Assembly (NCBI GenBank): GCA_963749155.1
Contig: CAVVLO010000003.1
Span: forward strand, 384,001 to 448,000
DNA: 64,000 nucleotides
Direction: 5' to 3'
Source: an uncultured Armatimonadia bacterium
Lineage (GTDB): Bacteria > Armatimonadota > Zipacnadia > CAVVLO01
Below the pieces are notes generated by a model. It was given only the letters and a program-made list of their open reading frames with translations, was not told the DNA's origin and searched no databases. Positions 1-11,812 of this stretch are shown here, one piece after another (positions within the stretch are counted from its first letter, which is position 1; each line of letters starts with the position of its first letter). The translations under genes were made by a program, and so were the position numbers.

Positions 1-570
1 GCCAAGATGGAGGGCGAAGTCGCCATCGTCTCCGGCCAGTCCAGCGCGCCCAACCTGCAGGCGCGCGTCGGCGGGGTACAGAAGTTCCTCAGTGAGACTG
101 ATTTCCCCAAGCTGAAGTTCCTGCCCATCCTCTACTGCGACGATGACGGGGCCAAATCCATCGAGCAGATACGCACCACGATGCAGTCCCATCCCAAATT
201 GCGCGCCATAATTATGGTTGGCGGCTGGCCGCTCTTCCTGGATGGGGCGCTGGATTCGGTCAAGGATTTTAATCAGACCAAGGTCGTGTCAGTGGACGCG
301 CTGCCCAAGCAGCTTGACTATGTTGAAAGCGGTCAGGTGGCATGCCTGGTGGCGCAGAAGTGCTTCGACTGGGGCTACGAGAGCGTAATGATTATGGAGA
401 ACCTGCGCACCGGCAAACAGACTTATCCCGACTTTGTGGACTCGGGCTATGACCTGGTCTTCAAGGAGCCAACCCAGGCTCAGCGGGACGATGCCAAGAC
501 ACGTAAAGCAGGCTGCTTCAGCCTCGTCGAATACAGGGCGCAATGGGACAAGTGGAACGCGGAGATGTAA
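1..570 (+). CDS. Sugar ABC transporter substrate-binding protein (RbsB-like), 5'-truncated by window edge
   Basis: Peripla_BP_4-like segments (NLQARVGG, VVSVDALPKQLDYV, LVAQKCFDWGY); directly upstream of a sugar ABC ATPase. Confidence 0.85.
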   Translation, partial: AKMEGEVAIVSGQSSAPNLQARVGGVQKFLSETDFPKLKFLPILYCDDDGAKSIEQIRTTMQSHPKLRAIIMVGGWPLFLDGALDSVKDFNQTKVVSVDALPKQLDYVESGQVACLVAQKCFDWGYESVMIMENLRTGKQTYPDFVDSGYDLVFKEPTQAQRDDAKTRKAGCFSLVEYRAQWDKWNAEM

Positions 571-2180
571 TTCAGGAGCCGCTCCTTTCGGTAAGGGGCA
601 TCACCAAGCACTTCTTTGGCGTGCACGCGCTCGAGGAAGTGAGCTTTGACGTGGCCGCCGGCGTTGTTCACGCGGTCGTGGGGCAGAACGGCGCCGGCAA
701 GTCCACGCTGATGAAGTGCCTGATGGGCGTCCATCAGCCTGATGCCGGCGAAGTGGCGCTGGCAGGGGCGCCCTATCAGCCGACCAATCCGCATGAGGCG
801 GTCGCTGCCGGGGTAGACATTGTTTTTCAGGAAATTGAGATACTGCCCAATCTGACCATCGCGGAGAATCTTTTCCTCGGCCGAGAGCCAGTGCGCGGCG
901 GCGTGGTGGACTTTGACGCAATGTTCGAGGCTTCCAGCGAGCTGCTTGCCAGGGTGGGACTGGAGCTAGGGCCTGGTGAGGAGTGCGATGGGCTGGGCGT
1001 TGCGACCCTGCAGCTAATCCAGATAGCAAGAGCCCTGCGCGGAGCCACCAGGCTGCTGATAATGGATGAGCCCACAAGCGCGCTTACCGAGCACGAGATA
1101 GCCCGACTTTTCGAGGTGGTGGATTCACTTCGGGCAAGTGGGCTGACACTTCTCTATGTCTCGCACAAGCTGGACGAAATATTCCGCCTGGCGGATTCGG
1201 TTTCGGTGCTGCGCGATGGCAAGCTGGTCAAAACGATGCCGATTACCGAGACTTCACCTGCCGAACTGGTCCACCTGATGGCGGGAGAAGCCCATCTCGA
1301 TCAGCTACTGCTGAGGTCAGTGGACCAGCCGCTGCCCGCAAGGCCAAGGCTTGCGGTGCATAATCTCCAGCTTGCGGCAGCCTCGCCAGCGCTTAACTTT
1401 GAAGTGTTCGAGACCGAGATAGTCGGGTTGTTCGGTATTGTGGGAGCGGGCCGCACGGAGCTTGCCCGGGCGCTATTTGGACTGGACGCCTACCACTCGG
1501 GCACGGTCAAGCTGGATGGAGAATTACTGCCCGCTCATAATCCCATCACCGCAGTCGAACGCGGGGTAGCTCTGCTTCCAGAAAACCGCAAGCAGCAGGG
1601 ACTGATACTGGAGATGGAGGTACGCTGGAACGCGTCTCTGGCAAGCCTGCGCAAGTTGGCGCCCAGAGGCCTGGTCAACGCGAAAGCCGAACACGAAGCG
1701 GTAAGCAGCGAGGTAGCGCAGCTTTCCATCGTGGTCAGCAATCTGGATGATGAGGTTAAGCAACTCTCGGGTGGCAACCAGCAGAAAGTTGTGTTCGCCA
1801 AATGGCTGATGACGGAGCCCCGAGTGCTGCTGCTGGATGAGCCAACCAAGGGTATAGACGTGCGCGCCAAAGCCGAACTCCACAGGCGCATCCGCTATTT
1901 CGCCGACCAGGGGCTGGCCGTGTTGCTCATCTCCAGCGAACTGGACGAGGTGCTGACCGTCTGCGACCGCGTGCTTGTGCTGCGCGAAGGCAGGCTGGTG
2001 GCAGACCTTCCCCACGCCGAAGCCACCCGCGAGAAGCTGCTTGCCGCCGCGGTAGGGAAGAAGCCGCAGCGCCTCTCTAGTCGTGGACTACCGACCAGTT
2101 CGCTTATCTGCACATTGGGGCCGGCGCGACTAACAGCCCGCAATACCAGCGTCCCATCGGCTGACTGGTCGGCGGTGTAG
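543..2180 (+). CDS. Sugar ABC transporter ATP-binding protein (RbsA/MglA type, two NBDs)
   Basis: Walker A GQNGAGKST, LIMDEPT, LSGGNQQKV, LLLDEPTKGIDV. True start may be GTG 552; true stop probably near 2080 (tail looks like an indel extension overlapping the convergent gene). Confidence 0.92.
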   Translation: MGQVERGDVIQEPLLSVRGITKHFFGVHALEEVSFDVAAGVVHAVVGQNGAGKSTLMKCLMGVHQPDAGEVALAGAPYQPTNPHEAVAAGVDIVFQEIEILPNLTIAENLFLGREPVRGGVVDFDAMFEASSELLARVGLELGPGEECDGLGVATLQLIQIARALRGATRLLIMDEPTSALTEHEIARLFEVVDSLRASGLTLLYVSHKLDEIFRLADSVSVLRDGKLVKTMPITETSPAELVHLMAGEAHLDQLLLRSVDQPLPARPRLAVHNLQLAAASPALNFEVFETEIVGLFGIVGAGRTELARALFGLDAYHSGTVKLDGELLPAHNPITAVERGVALLPENRKQQGLILEMEVRWNASLASLRKLAPRGLVNAKAEHEAVSSEVAQLSIVVSNLDDEVKQLSGGNQQKVVFAKWLMTEPRVLLLDEPTKGIDVRAKAELHRRIRYFADQGLAVLLISSELDEVLTVCDRVLVLREGRLVADLPHAEATREKLLAAAVGKKPQRLSSRGLPTSSLICTLGPARLTARNTSVPSADWSAV

Positions 2181-5100
2181 GGATACTCGACCCATTGGCC
2201 TTGGCCCGCGTAGTTGGTCAGCATCCCCAGCAGCGCGCCCTCGAAGTAGAGGTCGGCCTTGCGGCCGGCGGAGTTCCAGTCCCAGTAGTAAACATATACT
2301 TTGCCACTACTTCCAGCTGGCACGGTAAAAGGACACTCAGGTCGGGCGAGTGCCAGGAGGCGCCCATCGCGTCTTGCCAAGTGCTCCCGACGATTGAATA
2401 GCCATAGCCTGGTTCCTGTTTCAATACGAGGTCCGCCTTGGGCTGCCAGGGGGCCGGGTGTTAAAGGTGGTCACAGCGCCCGCGGAGAGGACATCCAGCG
2501 CGGCGTTCGCAAGGCTTGCCGGCTTGCGCAGCAGGTCGTGCAAGGGGTCGGGCGCGAGCAAATCGTCCAGTTCCTGCAGGCGCAGGCTGCCAGCTGGCGT
2601 GAAGTCCTTCGAGCCGGCATATTTCAGCAGGCTTGCTTGAAATTGCCTGCCAGTGGGCGTTGAGGTCGTCGGATTGAGCAGTGACAGCAGCAACTTGCCC
2701 TTGCCAACGCGCGCCTCCAGCACCCCTGCGAGCGGTTTGTTGTAGTCGGCGTTGTAGTTGTCGATGAAGCGCACCAGTGGCTTCAGTTTCGTGGCAGGGC
2801 CTTCCAGCACCAGTGCGCGCGAGTTGCTCAGCACATCGAACCACTGCCAGTCGGCATAGAATTGTGTTGGAAATTCGGCGAACAGTGGATGCGCCGGATC
2901 CACCAGGATTCCCATCGTGCGCGGCTGCGAAGCGAACAACAACACATCCCAGAAAGTGGGCGTGAACTGCGCGGGGATGGCGTTCCGCAGGCCTTCGGGG
3001 GCGTTCAGCAGCACGGTGCGGCCCTCGGCGAGCGCCGCGCGCGCCTCACCTAGCTGGTTCGTCACGAATACCCCTGCAGGGGCCTCAAGCCGAACCTCAT
3101 CGGGAAAAACCCAGATACGCCACTCGTTGCGGACGTCGGTGCCGGCAAGACTGACCCTCAGGGTCAACTCACAGGGAACGGGCATATCCGCAAGCGAGAT
3201 GCTTAACTCGCCCAGTGGCGTCACTCCGCCAGCGGAGATATCAGTCTCACTCAGGTTGCCTGCCGCAAGTTGCTTGCCGTTGGCATCGAGAAGCTGCCAG
3301 TATGGCTGCGCTGACAGGAGTGGCTCCGCGGCCCAGTGGGCAACCTCGATTTTTGCCTCAAGGGAGTCTGAAGTGGTCAGTTGGCGCTTCTCAATCCGCG
3401 CCAGCAGCACTGTAGGGGCGCACCACTGACGCCACTCTTCTGGCGTGACATAGCCTTTGGGCTGCCACAAGGCGTCCACGACGCCGACCAGGGCCGTCCC
3501 CTGCCCTGGGAAGTCCTGCACCGAGAGCAGCGAGAAACCCGCCAGTTCCTTAGTGCGCAGTTGGGCCTCGCACTCTTCCTTGTAGAGCAGCGTCTGGAGC
3601 TTTCCACTGGCCGCGACAAAGGCGTCCGCATACTCAGCAAGGCCGTTCGCCTCGAGGCTCTGTTTGTAACTCTGAAAGTTGAGCGGGAGCAAGTGGCCGG
3701 TGTAGCTGGCGATTTGGCTAAAGGGCGGATAACTCTCCCATTGGGCCAGTTCGTGGGTGATGACAGGGCGCGTATAGTCGACAAGCGCCTGTTCAAAATC
3801 AAAGTCCGTCGTGCTGCCCGCGCTACCAAGGCCTCTGATAATCCCTTTCTCCGTGCCCGCCGTCTCAAAGAAATCGTCGCTTCGAGTCAGGTCCGAAGGG
3901 TGCGACTGGCAGGTGTAAAGGTGACGCGGATCGGCCTGGCGTAACTCGTCTACAAGCTCCATCAGCCACTGGCGGTTGGTTGCGCCGTGCTCGTTGCCAA
4001 GCGACATCAGGCAGAAGGAGGGATGGTTGCCGTAGGCGTCGATGATCCGGAAGGCTTCACGACGGAGGAAGTCCCGGGTGGCCTCGTCTACGTTTTCGCC
4101 AAGCCAGCAGGGCAACTCGACCTGGAAGGTGCACCCAAGCCTGTCAGCAGCCTCGAAGGCCGCCTCGGGCGGACACCAGGAGTGAAAACGGAGGTTGTTC
4201 ACTCCCCAGGCCTGGTTGGCCTTGATGAGGGCCTCCCAGTCGCTTGTCTGCATCGGAGGGTAGCCGGTTTTCGGGAAGATGCAGCATTCGAGGTTGCCGC
4301 GCACGTAATAGGGATGGCCGTTGAGGGTGAAGTGCCGCCCCTCGGCGCCGAACTCGCGCAGGCCAAGGGCGACCTCTTTACTGGCCCCAAAATCTTCGCC
4401 TCTCAGCGCGACAGCCAGCTTTGTCAGGTTGGGCGAGCCCTCCTCCCACAGCTTCGCCTCCCGCGGGAAGGGGAGGGTGACCTCAAGTTGCGTCGTGCCA
4501 GGGGCAAGAGAGACCTGTTGCTTGGCGTTCGAATCTCCAAGCCTGACTGAGAACTCCGCCTGGGCGGGCTGCGTCAGGGCAGAGACCGCGCGCGCAGTGA
4601 CACGGACAAGCTGGCGCTCTACATCCGGATAAGCTTGCACGGAATCGAGCCAGACTGGAGAGGTCTCTCGTAGTTCGATACGCCCGATTAGGCCGTTCCA
4701 GTTGGTCTGGGTCTCGTCAGTAAGGGAATGGGCCCACCGGCCGATGTCGTAGAGATAGCTGTTGTCCACGCGCAGGGTCAGCGTGTGGACTCCCGGGGTC
4801 ATAGAACCGCCCAGGTCATACTGGTGCGGGACCGAGAGGCTGTCCTGGTCGCCGATAAACTGGCCATCCACCCAGAGGGAACTCTTCCAGTGGCAGCGCT
4901 CGAGGAAGAGGATGACCCGGCTGTGGGACCAGGTGCTGGGGATTTTTACCTCGCGCTGATACCAGGCGGCGCCCTCGTAGCTATGCTTGCGCGTCAGCTT
5001 GCCGATGGTGGGCTGCGCGTAGAGAGTCCCCTTGCCGCGCTGGTCGGTCGAGGCAGGCAGGTTGATGGTGTCGGGAAGCTGTTTGTTGAACCACTGCTGC

Positions 5101-5225
5101 TCGATCCCCTCGTTCTCGGGGTCCAGGGCGAAGCGCCAGTCTCCACTGAGGGGCATCGCCCGTTCGGCGCTGACGAGACTGGCGAGAACAAGCAGGACAA
5201 GCAAGACCGACAAAGAAAACCTCAT
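2078..5225 (-). CDS. Secreted glycoside hydrolase family 2 (beta-galactosidase/glucuronidase-like); C-terminus frameshifted
   Basis: Signal peptide, LSGDWRF, GAAWYQRE, LRFHSWCPPEAAF, NHPSFCLMSLGNE, ITHE. ORF 2421-5225 continues through ORFs 2218-2424 and 1895-2380 via indels near 2455, 2330 and 2090. Confidence 0.85.
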
Positions 5226-5297
5226 AGGGCAATCCCCCCGGCAATAACCGCGTGACTTCAGTATAACTGAGCCGCGCGCAAGTGTGGAGGAAGGCAG

Positions 5298-6260
5298 ATG
5301 ACAGACACCTCAAACGTGAACGAACTGGCGCGCATCGCGGTGCTGGGACTTGTGCTGCTTGCTCTGATACCACTCAACCTGCCCTCGGCTTTCGAAGGGC
5401 AACCAGCAGAAAAGGCTATCTCGCTGGAGCCGCTACCTGTTGCGCCAGGCGCGCAGTTCAGCCTGCTGGGTTTTACAATCAAAGCGCCCTGGATGAGCGG
5501 CAGCCTGCAGATGCGGATGCCCGAGACGCTGAGTTCCAGTATGGGCCTGCATTTTATTGACCATAATCGGCCCGATATGCCCCCGCTTGGGGCTATCTCG
5601 CCGGAGCCTGTCTGGCATAAAGACGCCATCACAGGCGAGCTATCTTATGAGACGCGCACCGCCGAGGGGCTAATTTTCGGGGGAAGGGCGACTCCGGACG
5701 GACCGCGAGTGCAAATGGCTTTCTGGGTGCGCAACGAGACTGGCCAGCAGCTCAACTTTGTTTCCAACCAGCAGTGCCTGGTGCTCAACCGAGAGCCTGA
5801 GTTTGGCAGGCAGAACACCCTGGACACGACTTATTCCTGGGTAGGGGGCAAGTGGCAGTGTCTGAACGCAACCACCCCCACCCCGGTCGAGAAGGGCCGA
5901 AATCCGTGGATTTTAATGCCGGTTGCAGGCGGGCCGCCTGACCTGGGCGGGCAGAAGGAATTGCCAAGTGGTTGGTGGGTGGTGAACGAGGTCGCGGACG
6001 CCTATCTCATCGCGCGCCAAAGCGAGGACGGTAAGCACCTCATTGCGGTCAGTTGGGATGACCAGCCACCCGGCCTGTTGATGACCAACACGTGGATCCC
6101 CTGCCTGCACGCAGGCCCGATGAACGCGCCGAACCTGGCGCCCGGGGCTTCGCATACCTGGCGCGGAGTCCTCTATCTGATGGAAAACGACCCGGACAGG
6201 TTGAAGCAACTGTTCGATGAGGACTGGGCAGCCTTCAGGGCCAGGAAAGTGAGTCCCTGA
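5298..6260 (+). CDS. Hypothetical secreted protein
   Basis: 320 aa ORF, GGAGGA RBS, hydrophobic N-terminal segment; no family recognised. Confidence 0.7.
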   Translation: MTDTSNVNELARIAVLGLVLLALIPLNLPSAFEGQPAEKAISLEPLPVAPGAQFSLLGFTIKAPWMSGSLQMRMPETLSSSMGLHFIDHNRPDMPPLGAISPEPVWHKDAITGELSYETRTAEGLIFGGRATPDGPRVQMAFWVRNETGQQLNFVSNQQCLVLNREPEFGRQNTLDTTYSWVGGKWQCLNATTPTPVEKGRNPWILMPVAGGPPDLGGQKELPSGWWVVNEVADAYLIARQSEDGKHLIAVSWDDQPPGLLMTNTWIPCLHAGPMNAPNLAPGASHTWRGVLYLMENDPDRLKQLFDEDWAAFRARKVSP

Positions 6261-6913
6261 CCCAGTTCACCAGCTCGCTGACGATGCCGGAGGCGGTCTC
6301 CTCGCCCAGTTCGAGCGAGGCTGTGGTGCGCGGGTCTTCGCCGTAGATGCCGTACAGCGGATCCTCTTTGCCCTCGAAGGCCGCAAGATCGGTCAGCTCG
6401 GGCAGCAACGCCAGGCCAAGGGAGGTCTCCCACCTGGCGGCGTGGTCAGCGCGGATGTCATCAGGAAAATCCGGATAGGCCGCATACTCGGGGCCAACCC
6501 AGCAATCCACTTCAGGATGGGCAGGCAGTACTTCCTCCACAACGCGGGCGACCAGGTCGACTTGCTCGCCAGGATAATGGCCAGTGACGACAACCAAAAC
6601 TTTGAAGCCCATCTCGATGAGCCGCTCCAGTGTTATCCGCAGGTTGCCCTCGACGAAGGCCTCCTCCGATATGATGCTGCCGAGGAAAGGCCGATGGCCC
6701 TCCGCCATAGCCGAAGAAAGTAGGCGGCAGCACAACGCCGCCGGTCTCGGCCGCCGCGCGCTTGCACAGCGCCTGGGCCTTCAGCGCATCGAACCCAAGG
6801 GGCAAGTGCCACCCATGCCACTCCAGCGTGCCCATCGGCACATAGGCTACCGGCGCCTCTGCCAACACTTGCTGAACCTGCTCAGGCCGCATCCGCTCGA
6901 AACTCTGCTCCAT
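6235..6913 (-). CDS. Creatininase family protein (frameshift near 6718)
   Basis: PMGTLEWHGWHLPLGFD, VTGHY, ADHAARWETS motifs across ORFs 6512-6913 and 6235-6735. Confidence 0.85.
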
Positions 6914-6946
6914 CAGTCATCCTCCCTGGAACTCGATGGAGAGAGT

Positions 6947-6981
6947 ATTCAGGGGCAGGAGGCGTCTTCCTGCGGGCGAAA
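6947..6981. promoter_or_regulatory. Overlapping divergent AGGA-N17-GAA promoters
   Basis: Minus: AGGA 6971-6968, GAAT 6950-6947; plus: AGGA 6957-6960, GAAA 6978-6981. Confidence 0.6.
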
Positions 6982-7002
6982 GGGTGGAAGGGAGGGATAG
7001 CA

Positions 7003-8203
7003 ATGGGTAAACGCACTCCAACCACCGTAGTATTGAGCTTCCTGATTGCGGTCATCCTGGTGGTGGGCCTCTCTTACTGGGCCGTCCAGGCCTGGCCGAA
7101 GGAGCCAGAGGGCGCCCTGAAGCCCTCTGCCAAACTCGTCCTGACGCCCGAGATGACCGCCCAGCAGGTGCAGCAGCAGTCGGGCGTGACGAATCCGGTG
7201 CTGAAGGAAGCCCTTGGCCTGGCCTCGCAGGCGGACAAAAACAAGACGCTTGCGGAGCTTGGCCTCTCCCCCGAAGAAGCCAAAACAAAACTAGCCGCGG
7301 CGATGGCTCTGCAGCAGGAACACGCGACCAAGGACTTCCGCAAGATAGGTTCCAAGTTCGTCCTGTGGGCGGCTTTCCTGACGCTGGTGTTTCCTGTACT
7401 TCAAGCGCCGTTTGATTACACCGGGCTTGCGGCTTCTTTTCCTGACCTTCTCGGTGCTGGTGTTTGGGGTACTCTACGGCGCGGACATCAGCCCGATGGG
7501 CACAGTGAAAGACGCAATCGTGCTTTGGGGACGTGACAAGGTTGTCTTCCCGCCTCGCTTGATTGCCTTTGCTCTGTTCATAATCGGCGTCCTGATTGCC
7601 AACAAGTTCACCTGCGGTTGGGGTTGCCAATTCGGGGTGCTGCAGGACTTCATCTTCCGTCTTAATCGCAACGAAGCCGACACAAAGGGCGTGATCGCCC
7701 AGTGGAAACCGCCTTTCGCTCTCACCAACACCATCAGGACGCTGTTCTTCGTCGGATTGGTGGTCGCGGCAATCGGCTGGGGAAAGGATCTCATCGAGCC
7801 TCTGGATCCCTTCAAGACCTTTAACCCCGCTGCTTTCCTGCTGCCTGGGGCGGTTTTCGTTGGGATACTGCTGGTACTGTCGCTTTTCATTTACCGGCCC
7901 TGGTGCCATTTCTGCTGCCCTTTCGGGCTGATCGGCTGGGTATTCGAACGATTCAGCCGCAACCGGATCAGAGTGGATTATGACACCTGCATCGCTTGTG
8001 AGGCATGCGCAAAAGCCTGCCCTTCCACGGTGATGGAGGCAATCCTCAAGCAGGACCGTATGGTGCCCGACTGTTTTGCCTGCGCGGCCTGCATGCGGAT
8101 CTGCCCAACGAAGTCAATCCACTTCGATGGCGCCAGGCGGAAAGCCGTGCCCGAGGGCAAGTTTGCCACGAAGGAGCAAAAATCAGCGCCTGCGCAGGAC
8201 TAG
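7003..8203 (+). CDS. Membrane-bound 4Fe-4S binding protein (NapH/MauN-like); frameshift near 7400
   Basis: CGWGCQFG, RPWCHFCCPFG and two CxxCxxCxxxCP motifs; multiple TM segments. Confidence 0.85.
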
Positions 8204-9013
8204 CAGCACCGAGTGAGAGGACCAGCCATCGAGAAGAGGCCCCAAGGCTTGCCTGGCAAGTCTTTTCGCAAGTGAAGCAGGCCCCGCTGGCTTTGCCTCT
8301 CGAGTTTTCCAGCCGTACAATTCGACCCGCAAACCACCCACCCCATCGAAGGGACGGCGCTCTACAAGCTCGAATTGTGAGGCCTCTCTAATCACACGAT
8401 ATTCATCGAGCATGAACTGATAGAAGCTAGCCGGGGTGAATTTGAAGGCCATAAGGGAAAGGCCCCGAGTCTGGTCTGGCCCTGCGCAACCTGCTCATAT
8501 GCGGGAAGGTCGCAAACAGGAAGCCCCCAGGCTTGAGCACCCTGGCCGCCTCCGCCAGGATAGGCTGGTACCCGTCGTAGAAGTGCTCGATGACACCCAC
8601 CGACCAGTAGCCGTCAAAAGAGCCCTCCTCGAAGGGTAGAGCCATCACATCGCCAAGCACAGGATTGACCTCAGGGATGCGCTCCTTGATAAAGGCTACA
8701 GTGCGCGGGGCATAATCCAGGGCATCGACGTGGTACCCAAGCAGATGCAGCCGCCAGGCAAGCCAGGCCAGGCCACAGCCGCCTTCTATCAGCCTGCCGC
8801 CAGCGGGTAGATACTTGCGGGTAAGCTCAGTGAACAGATGCTCTGAACCAGGAAGTGCGGATAGAGGTCATCTTGTGATTGCGATCTCCCAGGTGGCGTC
8901 CCAGAAAGCCTCATCAGCGCGTTGCCTGATACAGACGAGACGGTTGTGTTGCGGGTCGAAATAGCGGCCCTGGCTTTAGCGCGACGTCGGAGTGAGCGAT
9001 GTTGGTCATCCAT
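8183..9013 (-). pseudogene. Class I SAM-dependent methyltransferase, several frameshifts (pseudogene or assembly errors)
   Basis: GGAGG RBS and ATG at 9013; LIEGGCG motif I (about 8775-8792), GDVMALPFEEGSFD, ARVLKPGG spread over several frames. Confidence 0.7.
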
Positions 9014-9024
9014 GACCTCCCTGG

Positions 9025-10185
9025 CTAATAAACACACTTATGACCCTCATCGGCAAAAGCTTCCAAAAGCTTTAGGTCCGCGTCAAAAAAGTGGTCGGAA
9101 GGCGCCAGGATGAAGCCGCCCCCTGCCCCTGCTTCCTCGAAGGCGCGTCTGACCGCCGCGCGCGTTTCGGCAGGAGTGCAACCCACAAAGTAGTGGAACT
9201 GGTCGAAGCCGCCAATCATACAAACCCGGTCGCCGATGCGACGCTTGGCCTCTGCCAGATTGGTATCGCCGCCCATAGAGGGGGGAGTGAAGGTCTCCAT
9301 CGCATCCGGCCCCATATCGGCAATCTGCTCGAGGATGGGCATCATCCCCCCGCAGGTGTGGTAGACGATGCGCTGGCCTGCCTCGTGGGCTGCCGAGATG
9401 ACCTGGGCATCGTAAGGGGCGACGAACTGCTCGAAAAGCTTCGGCGAGATAACCGTTGTGGAGCCATCTCCCCCGCCCAGTTCGATCACGTCATACTTCG
9501 CGCCGGCAAGTGACTTCACATAGGTCAGCTTGCGAGCCAGCAAGGCCTCGAGCAGCGCGTGAACCCATTCAGGATCTTCGAAGGTCGCCATAATCAGCTT
9601 CTCGATGCCTACCAGGCATGCCGCGTCCTGCCAGCAACCTGGCTGTCCGAAGACATCGAAGCAGGGGATATGGCTGCGCACGAGGCCCCGGTCACCATAC
9701 GCATCGGCCTGGCGGTTGACCTCTTCCACATCGCAAAGAGGATGAGTCACATACTCGGCGATGATGTCTACGTCTTCCGGCTCCTTGATGAGGTAGTCGG
9801 TGACCCAGCTAGTGTATTCGTTGGACTCGAGGGTCATTGTAAGGGTCTTCCTGGGAGTGATGAACCGATAGAGAGTGCGTGGATACTTGGGCGAGGGCAC
9901 TGATTCTGACTCGATGCGCCAATCGTCACTGAAAGCCTGACGCGCTTCGAGGAAGCCGGGCTCTCCGGTAGCGGTCGGATCGGCGAAGTCGCCCTTGCGC
10001 TCATCAGGCTTGTGCGCCAGCACCCAGGTGATGGGGTCCAGGCCAAAATGGTCGAAAAAGGCCTGCGTATCGGTGCCAGGCATAAACCGCTCCAGAAAAT
10101 ACGGCATCACATGATGAGTGGTGATGGGCAGCCTGTCGGGCACACCGCGGGTAAGGGCAGTAACCATACGCTCTTTGGAAGTCAT
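9025..10185 (-). CDS. Uroporphyrinogen decarboxylase/MtaA-CmuA family protein
   Basis: MTSKER start, PDRLP, ISPKLFEQF, YHTCGG, MIGGFDQ, GGGFILAPS. Confidence 0.88.
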   Translation of the reverse strand: MTSKERMVTALTRGVPDRLPITTHHVMPYFLERFMPGTDTQAFFDHFGLDPITWVLAHKPDERKGDFADPTATGEPGFLEARQAFSDDWRIESESVPSPKYPRTLYRFITPRKTLTMTLESNEYTSWVTDYLIKEPEDVDIIAEYVTHPLCDVEEVNRQADAYGDRGLVRSHIPCFDVFGQPGCWQDAACLVGIEKLIMATFEDPEWVHALLEALLARKLTYVKSLAGAKYDVIELGGGDGSTTVISPKLFEQFVAPYDAQVISAAHEAGQRIVYHTCGGMMPILEQIADMGPDAMETFTPPSMGGDTNLAEAKRRIGDRVCMIGGFDQFHYFVGCTPAETRAAVRRAFEEAGAGGGFILAPSDHFFDADLKLLEAFADEGHKCVY

Positions 10186-10200
10186 AGGGCTCGTTCTCCT

Positions 10201-11715
10201 TTAGCCTGTGGGAGGCAAGTTGGCTTTTTGGACGAGTGTATCACCTTCGGTATCAGGCATAAAAGACCAGCAGGTCGAAGTCAGTCGCTCGATGAACCTG
10301 CTATCGTGACTCACTAGCAGGAGGGCGCACTCGGTGCCGGCCAGTGCCTCTTCCAGCAACTCGATAGCAGGCAAATCGAGATGGTTGGTAGGCTCATCCA
10401 GCACGATAAGCTGAGGCAGTCGGGAAGATTGCAGCGCCAGCAAGAGTTTGCGCGCCTCGCCTGGGCTGGCCTGGGCGCTTTCCAAAACGCGTTCGGCTTC
10501 GGAGCCAAGCCCCGCGAGGATGGTCATCACCTGCCCAAGTTGCTCGTGAGGCAGCTTGCGCACTTCCTCCACCAACCTGGCGCAGTCCTCTGAGGGCAAC
10601 TCTTGCGGTATATAGGCTAGCTTGCCCTCGGGCAGGCGCAACTGGCCCAGCAGGTAGCCAAGCAAAGTGCTTTTGCCAGCGCCATTTGGTCCAACAAGCG
10701 CAACCCGGTCACGGGGCCCTTGCGCAAGTGAGGGAAACCGAAGCTTGCGTACCGGCCCCATTGGCAGTTCTCCAGGACCAATCTCGACCAGGAGATCACG
10801 TCGGGCGACCTCGGAGGGCAAGGTGAAACGCAGCCTGGCAGCTTTCACTACGCGTTTGGCAGCGAGCCTGCCCTGCGCCTGGGCCAGGCGGCCGGCCAGT
10901 TGGGACGCACTGCGGCCGGCAGAGCCATCGGCGCCTGAGACGACCGCGCGGTCGATCTTCTCCCGCGCATCGCTGTCCTTCCACGAGAGCTTGCGTTTGG
11001 AACGTTTCGAGTCCTGTTTGGTGGCCCGCTGCAGGCGTTCTTCGACAGTCGAAGCCAGATGGGATACTTCGCGTTTGGCGGCCTGCCTTTCGTCCTGAGC
11101 GCGCTCTCTGTCGGCTCTTGCCTGCGCCGAGGCCTGGCTGTAGTTGCCTGCTCGCAGGTGGACGCCGTCCTCCTCCAGCATCAGGCAGTTAGCGCACAGC
11201 GCATCCAGCAGCGTCCTGTCATGCGCGACCAGCAGGCCCACCCCTTTGAAATCGGCCAGGGCGCGTCCTACATAGTCGCGCGCTTCGGCATCGAGATGGT
11301 TGGTAGGCTCGTCCACAAGCAGCACATCGGGCCTGCTGAAGAGGGCTGTAGCCAGTTGGGCGCGTTTCTGTTCGCCAGGACTAAGCACCTGCCAGCGTTC
11401 TGGCCAGTCGGTGCCGAGAGCGAGCAACTCGCAAAGGCGTCGAGCCTCGCGCGAAGGAGTCTGAAGCAGGCCTGTCAGCCCGCCGGGAAGGGTTTCTACA
11501 AGCTGGGGGCAGTAAACAACGTGCCCTTTGGAGGAGATATGCCCCGAAAGAGGGGCAAGTTGACCGCTTGCCAGCGCAAGCAAGGTGCTTTTGCCACTGC
11601 CATTGGGACCGATGAGGCCCGTCCAGCCGGACTCGAGATGGAACGAAAGGCCAGAGAACAGCAAGCCGCTTGCGGAATCATAGCCAAAACTAACGTCAGA
11701 AAAGACCAAAGCCAC
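10201..11715 (-). CDS. ABC-F family ATP-binding protein
   Basis: Two NBDs (GPNGSGKST, GPNGAGKST), two DEPTNHLD motifs, charged linker, no TM; GGAGG then GTG at 11715. Confidence 0.88.
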   Translation of the reverse strand: MALVFSDVSFGYDSASGLLFSGLSFHLESGWTGLIGPNGSGKSTLLALASGQLAPLSGHISSKGHVVYCPQLVETLPGGLTGLLQTPSREARRLCELLALGTDWPERWQVLSPGEQKRAQLATALFSRPDVLLVDEPTNHLDAEARDYVGRALADFKGVGLLVAHDRTLLDALCANCLMLEEDGVHLRAGNYSQASAQARADRERAQDERQAAKREVSHLASTVEERLQRATKQDSKRSKRKLSWKDSDAREKIDRAVVSGADGSAGRSASQLAGRLAQAQGRLAAKRVVKAARLRFTLPSEVARRDLLVEIGPGELPMGPVRKLRFPSLAQGPRDRVALVGPNGAGKSTLLGYLLGQLRLPEGKLAYIPQELPSEDCARLVEEVRKLPHEQLGQVMTILAGLGSEAERVLESAQASPGEARKLLLALQSSRLPQLIVLDEPTNHLDLPAIELLEEALAGTECALLLVSHDSRFIERLTSTCWSFMPDTEGDTLVQKANLPPTG

Positions 11716-11812
11716 AGATGAGCACCTCCAGCACCAAAGCCCGGACAAGCCGGGGACGCGGGGTTCATACTAGCAGCTCACTTGCGCACTCGAGGTGGCC
11801 TCCTTTTCATAT

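Noticed and set aside
10201..11715. Antibiotic-resistance ABC-F with an attenuator leader
   Set aside because: Subfamily cannot be assigned by eye; only a short CCCGG/CCGGG hairpin upstream and no convincing leader peptide-terminator pair
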